Origin: Octopus sinensis
Taxonomy: Eukaryota
NCBI RefSeq assembly: GCF_006345805.1
Contig: NC_042998.1
Coordinates: forward strand, 173,786,001-173,850,000
Length of the DNA stretch: 64,000 nucleotides
Reading direction: 5' to 3'
Part shown: one piece after another, positions 54,283 to 64,000 of the stretch
Position numbering within the stretch: position 1 is the stretch's first letter
How the letters are laid out: the number at the start of each line of letters is the position of its first letter
Notes under the pieces: model-generated
Databases searched by the model: none
Told to the model about the DNA's origin: nothing
Seen by the model: only the letters and a program-made list of their open reading frames with translations
Position numbers and translations under genes: made by a program

Positions 54283-55496
54283 CAGGTCCGAAATACCATG
54301 CATGTAATTCCTAACAAATTTCACAATGTTCTAAAATGTCTAGTGTTATTGATTGATACTCATACGAATTTGGAAAATTTTAACTATATATATAATTTCT
54401 TTTTACAAAATAATCAGACTGAATTAATTACTATTATGAATCACTCAAAGATGTATGTATCGAACGTGCATTTAAGGTACATAGTGCTTTATGAATTCAT
54501 TAGCAACCCGAAATATCCATTCTGTTTATGGGGAAGAGAGCTTGAACGAAAGAAGTTGCAGAAGATGATTTGCAAAGTTTGGTTTGGAGAAAATGGTTTG
54601 CTAAATGGTGATGTCAGCATAAGAGAGAGAGAGAGAGAGAAGCAACGAATGCGACGTCATGTTGAATTTGATGATGAGCTTCTTTCGTCCAGAGCTTGTG
54701 GAGTATAATGCTGTATGAGTTGAAGAGTTGCTTAGTAAACACAATTCATATCATGCAGCTGTTCACCGCCACCTTCAGGTGTCCAAACTCGGAAAATGTG
54801 TTCCTCATGATTTAACAGGAGCCAACCGAAAATCACGAGTGGACATCTGCTCATTGCTTCATTCTCGTGAACGTGTCCCACCATCTTGGAGCAGATTAGT
54901 GACTGGTGATGAAAAGTAGATTTTTAATGAAAATGTTAAGAGACGTAGTCAATGGATTAGTTGTGGAGAACAGGCTAAACCACAACCCAAAAAGGCCCTC
55001 TATGCAAAAAACGGCTTTTCCTTCTATTTGGTGGGATTGCATTGGAATCATTCACGTTGAGCTTTTATCAGCTAATGCAACAATTACTGCTCACACTTTT
55101 TGCCAACAATCAGAGCCTTTGGATGCTGTTTGAAGAAACAAAGGGTTTGTGTTTCATCATGGTAATGCAAAGATACCATACTGCACAGATTACATCTAAG
55201 AACTTGGTTGAGAAAAATCTATCACCCGCTTTATGCTCTGGACCTCGCTCCTGATTACCATCTGTTTCAAAGCTTACTTATTAAGATCCACGAGGAGGTT
55301 GGAACTGATCTCTCTTATTTTTGTCTTCAAAACCGAAAGAGTCTTTCACTAATAGAATCAAATAACTGATGCGTAGACGGAAGGAAGTCATCGATAATGA
55401 TGGGAATTATATACAGGGTTAGATTTTAATAAAATATAAATTTCGATCACGTTTTTCCTTACCCAAAATATGGACATTACTTATGGGATGACCTGA
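54283..55496 (+). mobile_element. Mariner transposon, degenerate
   Basis: HLRYIVLYEF, GKCVPHDLT, LVTGDEK, SIWWD. The right TIR ends ttatgggatgacctga followed by TA. Confidence 0.85.
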
Positions 55497-55505
55497 TATG
55501 TATAA

Positions 55506-55561
<56 letters not shown>

Positions 55562-55570
<9 letters not shown>

Positions 55571-55928
55571 TACATTAAAAGGCTTCCAGAAGAAGAAGTG
55601 AGTACTAGATACACAAAAGTTGGATAAATTTAGTGAAATGAAAATTAAAAACCTTTACAAACTCGGTTCATCTTATACTGCAGTTTCGTCTTTTTCAGCA
55701 TTAAATATAATTTATTGCTCAGGCAGATTCATCAGTAAGACACCTGTTATTCAAGAGTCGCATATCAATAGAAGCATGTGCATCTCTACTAATTTGCTAT
55801 CTCTAACTGCAGTATAAGATGAACCGAGTTTGTAAAGGTTTTTAATTTTCATTTCACTAAATGTATCCAACTTTTGTGTATCTAGTACTCACTTCTTCTT
55901 CTGGAAGCCTTTTAATGTACTTATATAT
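55562..55928. mobile_element. PLE-type inverted pLTR structure: 124 bp near-perfect inverted repeat enclosing an HHR, in (TA)n
   Basis: 55562-55685 matches 55805-55928 with one mismatch. Confidence 0.8.
55670..55741 (-). ncRNA. Type-I hammerhead ribozyme with long stem II, family H
   Basis: Reverse complement GUCUUA-CUGAUGA-AUCU...AGAC-GAAA-CU-GC-AG-UA-UAAGAU. Stem III is the palindrome ACUGCAGU. There is an A.C mismatch at the base of stem II. Confidence 0.75.
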
Positions 55929-56016
55929 GAATAACATATGGCCTATGGCTAAAATGTCTTTTGTGCTAGATCACCGGCGATAATAATTTATTTTATCGCA
56001 TTTTGACTATGTTTAC

Positions 56017-56105
<89 letters not shown>

Positions 56106-56276
56106 AGGTAATCGTTTTTTATTTCGTTTATTTTCATTTGTCCTGCTTATTTTTAAACTTTGGTTTTTTGCTGAATTTTTTCTTGAGAACACATTCTTCG
56201 TGGTAAATGGCGAGTTTGACGTCTATTTCTAGCATACAGACTGTCCACTATTAGTGGTAATTCCTCTAAATTTTGT

Positions 56277-57262
56277 ATGTATGACACGAAGCTCCAGCAA
56301 ATCGTCAATGAAGAAGCAGACCGAACTCAACTCCAGTCTGATCTATATGCTGTGAGTCAATGGGCAGACAGAAACAAAATGCAACTGAACGAGGGAAAAT
56401 TTGAGCTGATGCATTTTGGAAGAAATTCTTCACTAAAACAGCCATACTCTTTCCTTCAGGGGAACCACTCACAACCTCTAACAATATCAGAGACCTGGGT
56501 ATAATTGTTGATGACGATCTTAGTTGGAGTGCACACATCAACAATAAGGTCGATATAGCTCGTAGGATGAGTTCCTGGATCTTAAGAACTTTCCGGTCCA
56601 GAGAACAAGGTGTCATCATACCACTTTTCTCCTCATTTGTACGGCCACACCTCGAATACTGCTGCCCACTGTGGTCTCCCCATAGAAGACAAAACATCTC
56701 GAGGATTGAATCACCCCAGAGGACACTCACTAAACGAATTGAAGGTATGGCTGCTCTCGATTATTAGGATCGCCTTAAAGCCTTGAAACTCTACCCTCTC
56801 CAGCGTCGCCGTGAGCGGTACATCATTTGTACGATGTGGAGAATATACCGCCAACTTTGCCAAAACGACATGAACATTAGCTTCAAGGTTCATCCAAGAC
56901 TGGGACCACGAGCCATACGTCCCCTGCCCAATTCAAGATCACAGCATACACGTACACTTCAACATAATTTCTTTTCCTCAACAGGACCTGCCCTATTTAA
57001 CATTGTCCCGAAAGAGATCAAAGAGGAAAAGGATCCCATCAACTTTAAACGGAGTCTGGATAGATTCCTTCAAGGAATACCAGATAAGCCACCCATAATT
57101 GGATACAACTCACCCAACAAAAACTCACTACTTGAATGGACCATAAACAAAACTTGACTTAAACAGGATTCAAATAATCCTATCAGGTGGTGCTATTAAG
57201 TTAGACATGGCCTGGACCAATCTTTGGTCGAAACATATTTAAGTTTATCTAAGTTTAAGTTT
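56277..57262 (+). mobile_element. CR1/L2-group LINE, 3' portion with 3' stem-loop and (TTTAAG)n tail
   Basis: DTKL..LQSDL..WADRNKMQLNEGKF, RDLGIIVD, VRPHLEYCCPLWSPH, LYPLQRRRERY. The 3' hairpin is gaccaa-tct-ttggtc. Confidence 0.9.
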
Positions 57263-57265
57263 ATA

Positions 57266-57550
57266 CCTAATGTAGGATAACATTTTTTTCGGGAAAAACA
57301 TTTCATCAACGGCCAACATATCAAAAAATACATTTAAAGGTTAAATTTATAAATAATTTACAATATAAGGGCAAAAGAAAAATTCAAATGCCAAATATGC
57401 CGAAAAAAAGACAAAAATACGGTAATAACGAATTTTTTAGAAATTTCTATCGGTTTGTTTCGAGACGCATAAATTATAATGGTTAATTGACAATTTTTGT
57501 CTTTTTTTCGGCATATTTGGCATTTGAATTTTTCTTTTGCCCTTATATTG
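57266..57550. mobile_element. ~285 bp insertion with internal 60 bp perfect inverted repeat, flanked by a 16 bp direct repeat
   Basis: taagtttaagtttata at 57250-57265 and 57551-57566. Inverted repeat 57358-57418 against 57493-57553. Confidence 0.65.
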
Positions 57551-57558
57551 TAAGTTTA

Positions 57559-57625
<67 letters not shown>

Positions 57626-57640
57626 CCTATATATATATAT

Positions 57641-59590
57641 ATCCACACGATTTAGGAATAAAGACGATTAAATACTGGTTAGAAAAACATAGAGAAGTGA
57701 TTCCCAGCAGATTCACAGTGCCATTTATATTAGACACAAACTTATTCTAGAAAACAACACATTCTTCTTCAATGGAAAGAATTACATCCAAAGTAGAGGC
57801 ACGGTGATGGGAACGAGGTTTGATCCCGTTTACGCCAACTCTGTAATGGGATAATTAGAACAACAACTCTACCAAGAGGTAAACTATGGCACTGGAATTA
57901 GAAAGTATATTGAAAAGGCATGGAAGAGATACCTTAACGACTGCTTCATAATCTGGACAGAATCTCTAAATACTCTGGAAGTGTTCAATATCCTCCTGAA
58001 CAACTTACACCCATCTCTCCAATTTACAAAGGAGATGAGTAGTACCAAATTACCATTCCTAGCTATAATGGTAATTAAAAAGGACACCACCATCACCACA
58101 GATATATACTATAAACACACAGACACACATCAATACCTGAATTTTAAGTCGTGCCATCCACCACATACAAAACGCAACATCCCATACTGCCTAGCCAGAA
58201 GAATTTGTACAATTGTAGAAAATGCAAATATCAGGAACAAACACCTAACAGAACTAAGAGAATTTTTGCTCAAACAAAAATACCCATCTCTACTTATAGA
58301 AAATGGCATACAGCGGGCTATAAAAATACCCATACAACAACTTAGGACAACCCACGGAAGAGGAAAACAAGAACAAGTCATACCCTTCATAGTGGCACAC
58401 AACCCATGTCAACATTGCCAAAGCAAACCTACAAATCATTGCTCAAAGTAATGAATTAAAAGACATAATCACGGATCGAGCTATGGTTCTTAGTAAAAGA
58501 CAGCCTAAAAACTTGAAAAAATACTAACAAAGGCAAAATTTGACCTTAGCAACAAAGACCAAACATTCACTGTATCTAAATGCAATGATAGCCGCTGTGG
58601 CACATGCCAATTCATACATACCGGCCAATATATAAACACAAAAACCGGGAAAATATTCACAAACGCGAATATGAACTGCAAAAGCAGAAATTTAATTTAC
58701 CGCATCAAATACCCAAATTGTGAAGAAATATATGTAGGTCAGACAGGAAATGCACTATCAGAACGCTCACGCGTACACCGACAACAGATTAGAGACCCAG
58801 AGGTCCGTCAGATACCTTTGAGTAACCACCTAACAACATGTGGTCGGAAAATATATATAATATCTCTATTCTACAAATTACACAGCCCAAGTGAAATCGA
58901 GAGGAAAAGAATTTTATTGATAAATTCGAACCCAAGCTAAATAAGCAATAATAATAATACTTAGAGGCACTACTTCTACTGCTACGACCATGACCACTAA
59001 CAACAACAACAATACTAAAGGTGATCAAGATGAAGATAGCAGGAAAATTATCTTATTTAGGGTTAAAAGTTCTATTGCCACCACCATCACCACTAGCAAC
59101 AATAATTAAGGTGCTGACAATGATGATGATGACAATTGAAATATAAAAATCCCTGACAAAGCTATTTACAACATTTCTAAAAACAGCCCAACAATTGCTG
59201 CCTCGGCCAGGGTTAAGATACAGGACTCTTGACATGTTCAACAAAGCGTGACGCGTAAACCAATCAGCTCAACCAACCAATCAGCTTAAGTAGTTGAGTG
59301 ATACTACACACTGATTGGTCAGAATGCAGTTTGCAAAACCTAGCAATCTGGAGCCTACACAGCTGTATGTAAGGCACAAATTTAATTATCTCGCTACAGT
59401 CAAAAATTGTGAAGCATGACTGTCACCACTACTACATGAACCTGAAGATTGCAGAATTTAATGCATGAAAGTACTAGTTCAATCAGAATGAACATTTAAC
59501 ATTCTATTATTTTATTTTATTTTATTTTATTATATTATATTATATTATATTATATCATCATAAGATTGTAAAAAAAACATGAAAATCAGA
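57641..59590 (+). mobile_element. Penelope-like element (Neptune-type): RT + Cys linker + GIY-YIG endonuclease + pLTR, 5'-truncated and defective
   Basis: QSRGTVMGT..YAN, WKRYLNDCF, LPFL, YYKHTDTHQYLNFKSCHP, linker KCNDSRCGTC, NLIYRIKYPNCEEIYVGQT..ER..H. CCAAT boxes lie at about 59260-59320. Confidence 0.92.
59437..59481 (+). ncRNA. Minimal type-I hammerhead in the PLE pLTR
   Basis: UGAAC-CUGAAGA-U-UGCA(8 nt)UGCA-U-GAAA-G-UA-C-UA-GUUCA. Stem III is the palindrome AGUACU. Confidence 0.8.
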
Positions 59591-59656
59591 CAAGGTTGGA
59601 ATTCCTTTTATTAATATATATATATATATACATACATACATACATACACACTTTAC

Positions 59657-59710
<54 letters not shown>

Positions 59711-60105
59711 TATATGTATTTATATATATATATATTCATATATATATAAATTCACACATAAATATACACATCAATACACGGGCACATATGTGTATACATA
59801 TCTATTTATATAACTGTTAACATAAAGATGGTATTTTGGAATCACAATTCCCCAAATATGTGTGTATAACTTTATTTACACGCATATACAATAAACACAT
59901 GAATTTTGTCGTGTGTCTATGTATATGTGTGTGCGCGTGTGAATTGAAATAGATGAAATCAAAAACAGATAAGAGAAAAAACTCAGTGATCAATGGCTTG
60001 TATGAGTAGGACAGAGACAAATATTTCATAATATATGAAATGATGACATAAACCGATAAAAATATTCATCTGATCGATCGCTTATTAGCAATATGTGTGT
60101 GTATG

Positions 60106-60187
<82 letters not shown>

Positions 60188-60244
60188 TGTGTGTGTGTGT
60201 GTGTGTATCATATATATGCATATATATATATATATCTTTTTTTT

Positions 60245-60600
60245 TTCACTTTTTACTTGTTTCAGTCATTTTGACTGCGGCCATGCTGGTGCACCGCCTT
60301 TACTCGAGCAACTCGACCCCGGGAACCGCTAAGTGACGGGGACATAAACACACCAGCATCGGTTGACAAACAATGCTAGGGGGACAAACACAGACACATA
60401 AACATACACGCACAAACATATAAATACGTATATACGACGGGCTTCTTTCAGTTTCCGTCTACCAAATCCACTCACAAGGCTTTGGTCGGCCCGAGGCTAT
60501 AGTAGAAGACACTTGCCCAAGGTGCCACGCAGTGGGTCTGAACCCGGAACCATGTGGTTGGTTAGCAAGCTACTTACCACACAGCCACTCCTGCGCCTAT
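60245..60600 (-). mobile_element. SINE family A
   Basis: Family homology with an intact tRNA-like head. Confidence 0.9.
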
Positions 60601-60657
60601 ATTTATATATATATATCATCAGCATATGTATAAACATACGTTATATATATAATATAT

Positions 60658-60729
<72 letters not shown>

Positions 60730-60790
60730 GATATATATATAGTATCATATATATGCATATGTATAAATATATATGTGTATATATATATAG

Positions 60791-60833
<43 letters not shown>

Positions 60834-60834
<1 letters not shown>

Positions 60835-62113
60835 GAGGGGTGTTCAATAAGTAATGCCCCTGACCCACTTCCCATAGCAGTAGGGCAACAAAACTTGGCA
60901 CAGTTATTAGTCTTTTTCTACATAGGAACCACCCAGAGTTACGCATTTCTCCCATCGTTTGATGCGGCTCTGGAGACCGTTTTTTTAGAAGAACCCAGCT
61001 TGGTCCTCCAACCTCAACGTGACTTCAGAAATCAAGGCTGCATCATCTGGGAAACGCTTTCCTTTCAAAAACAAATTCATGATTAGGAAGAGGTGAAAAT
61101 CAGAAGGTGCAAGGTCAGGAAAGTAGGGGGGATGGGGAGGAGTTCATAGCCATACGCCTGTGCTTCTGATCTGGCGACAAGCGAGTTGTGGACCGGAGCG
61201 TTGTCCTGCAGAAGGAGGATGCCTTTGCTGATCTTGCCCCGCCTCTTGATTTTGATAACTTCTCTTAATTTCCTCAAAAGTGAAGCATAATAGGCTCCTG
61301 TAATTGTGGTACCCTTTGCCAGGAAATCTGTCATCACTACTCCGTCCTGGTCCCAGAAGACTGTGAGCATGACCTTGCCAGCGGAAGGCTGCACCCTTGC
61401 CTTCTTTGGAGGGGGTGAGTCACGGTGCTTCCACTGCATTGACTGGGCTTTGGTCTCTGGATCATCGTGATGGACCCAGGTTTCATCCTGTGTAATCAGT
61501 CTTTTGAAAAATTTTGACTCATCTTCTTGGCACATCTCCAAATTCACCCTCGAACACTCGACGCGTTCTTGCTTCTGGAAAGGCGTGAGCAACCTGGGAA
61601 TCCATCTGGCAGACACCTTTTGCATATGCAAATGGTCATGAATGATAGGTTTCCACAGACCCGGTACTAATCTTGACCTCATGGCTATTCGGCGAATAAT
61701 TATGCGTCGATCTTCCAAAATGGCAGCCTCAACTTGACGGACAGATGCCTCATCAATGGCAGAAGGGGCGACCATATCTGGGAGCTGTTTCCACAGAGTT
61801 CCGACCATGTTTGAATTCACGATGCCAGCGTTTTACAAGGTCATATGATGGGGCATCATCACCATAAGTTACTTTCATTTCATCAAAAGTCTCCCGTGGT
61901 GTGCGTCCTTTCAAATACAAAAACCGGATCACTGCTCGACACTCAACAGGCTCCATTTCACACTTGACTCGGTTCAAACACCTGTAAATCAGAAACCACA
62001 ATTAATTCAGAGCCACTTACTCTATAGAGATATAAATGATTGCACATGCAAAATTTCAGCTAGATCAACCAACTGCAAGTGGGTCAGAGGCATTACTTAT
62101 TGAACGTCCCTCG
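60834..62113 (-). mobile_element. Mariner (irritans-like) transposon, full length, relatively young
   Basis: TIRs of about 37 bp, cgaggggtgttcaataagtaatgcccctgacccactt / aagtgggtcagaggcattacttattgaacgtccctcg, inserted in (TA)n. Confidence 0.95.
60907..61956 (-). pseudogene. Mariner DD34D transposase pseudogene (few frameshifts/stops)
   Basis: MEPVECRAVIRFL...[55 protein letters not shown]. Confidence 0.9.
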
Positions 62114-64000
62114 TATATATATATATATACTTTAAATGAGATATAATACGGAGAGCGCAGCTTTGTAGGGATAGACGATATGGGTGTGAGCTGTGCTCTA
62201 TGGAAACTTATGAGATTTGTAAGTATAAGGGCAAGAAAAACCTGATTGATAATAGATTAGACCTAAGCATAGCGTCACCCGAACTTTTCAGTATTTTCGA
62301 AACTAACAATTATAGTTACCATGCTTGAACTTTGATGGTGGAAATTTATTTTGGTGCCGTATCCATTATAATCTTACTATATTAAATATACAAAATTGTA
62401 GGATATTACGTTATATGGTGAATTATATTGCATTACATATCTTATATGCTATGTGTTGTAGTATGTGGTGTGCTATTTGTAATATTGTACCATGATAACT
62501 CCTGCCTAATTAGTTTGATTTCATCCTATTTTGGTGATTAGACTATTTTCCTTTCTATGATGTCCCACCCTACTGATCATATTATATATACTTGTAGTCA
62601 TTTTATGTAAGTAAGTCTCCTTTTGACTAAATCATATATCCCCGGGAAACTATAAAAGCATACATACAATAACACCTGTAATATTACAAGTTATAAAATC
62701 ACTTCGGTGTGAATACCTTTAACTACATCCATACCTATTACCCCCTCTTTTCGGGTTACTTTTATATTTTCTCTGCTCCCTGCATCTAATACCATATCTC
62801 TTTATATGTATTTCTTATTATTTTCTATAAATTCTAATCATTTTATTTTCTTATTTTTGATATCCTCACTTATTATATATATATATATATATATATATAT
62901 CTATTATTATTATTATTTGAGTATGCATGTATGTATATATGTATATGTCTGTATGCATGTATGTATTTATGAACATAAGGAGGCGCGTGTGTGTGTGGAT
63001 GTGTATGCATATGTATAAACATATGTATACATTTATGCATGTATGTACTTATGTGTATATATAGATGCGCGTGCGTGTGTGTATGTGTACGCATATATAT
63101 ATATATATGTGTATGTGTATATATGTATGAATGTATATGTGTATGTATATGTATATGTATATATATGTATATATATATGTATATGTATGTATGTGTATGT
63201 ATGTGTATGTGTATATGTGTATATATATTTATTAGTGAATATGTATGGACTAGTCTTCTGTGGGTGTATTGAGGTATGTATGTGTATGCGTGTAGATATG
63301 AATCAGTAGGTACGTGTACGTATGTGAATATACGTGAATGTATGTAGATGTATGTATGTATGAATATAACACGTGCGTGTGTGTATGGGTATGAGTGTAC
63401 GTGTGAGTGTGTGGGCGTTCGTATCAGTGAGTAGATAGATAAATGGACTCTTTAGACCATCCCTTGAGACTGGCTGACCGAGATCAAGATAAAAATAAAG
63501 ATATAAACAACAGTAATAATAAAATTAAAATAAGGGAATAAAAATGTGTGTGTATGTGTGTGCATGTATATGCATGTGTATATGTGTGTATGTATATATA
63601 TGTGCGAGTGTGTATACATATATGTATATGTATGTATATGTGTATTTTGTGTGTATGTACATAGGTATGTGTATATATATATGTATATATATATGTATAT
63701 GTATGTATATATATATATGTATGTATATATGTGTATGTATGTATATATATAGATACATGTGAATATGTGGGTGTATATATATATATATATGTAGATGTAC
63801 AAGTGAGAGTCTCCTTACTTACCTAAAACTCTATTTTTCTATTTATTCTTTTAATCTTTTATTTATTCTTTTATCTACTGTACCACGATTCCTTTGACCA
63901 CTCCCCTAATAATGATAGTTTTTGCGCCATGCCTACCCCCCAAAAAGTCCCCCACCACCACCCATTTAACCTGCCTAAGTGTATAAATGCCAAAACAACT

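Noticed and set aside
57210-57240. gaccaa-tct-ttggtc-GAAAC as a hammerhead
   Set aside because: There is no upstream CUGANGA. It is better explained as the LINE 3' recognition stem-loop.

Overview
This is AT-rich, microsatellite-saturated eukaryotic DNA with no host protein-coding gene that I can support. The tRNA-derived SINE families and the (TA)/(CA)/(TATG)/(GATA) repeat load point to a coleoid cephalopod, probably Octopus; that taxon call is inference. Most ORFs in the supplied track are microsatellite translations. The window is mostly decayed transposons: mariner (DD34D), Tc1 (DD34E) and maT-like (DD37D) DNA transposons, a Merlin-like MITE, non-autonomous Helitron-like elements, CR1/L2-, R4/Dong-, Tx1/L1- and RTE-like LINE fragments, a Neptune-type Penelope-like element (PLE) and about 15 SINEs. 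The main unexplained signal is a set of 9 type-I hammerhead ribozyme (HHR) motifs in about 6 sequence families. Most sit in short non-coding elements next to (TA)n tracts. They have palindromic, dimer-type stem III, and one subfamily carries a fixed non-canonical core (CUGUNGA). Several retroelements sit in their own type of microsatellite (Tx1 in (ATCT)n, Dong in (TAA)n, HHR elements in (TA)n). A Helitron-like family has captured a LINE ORF1-like fragment. Coordinates were read by eye and diffuse element ends may be off by tens of bp.
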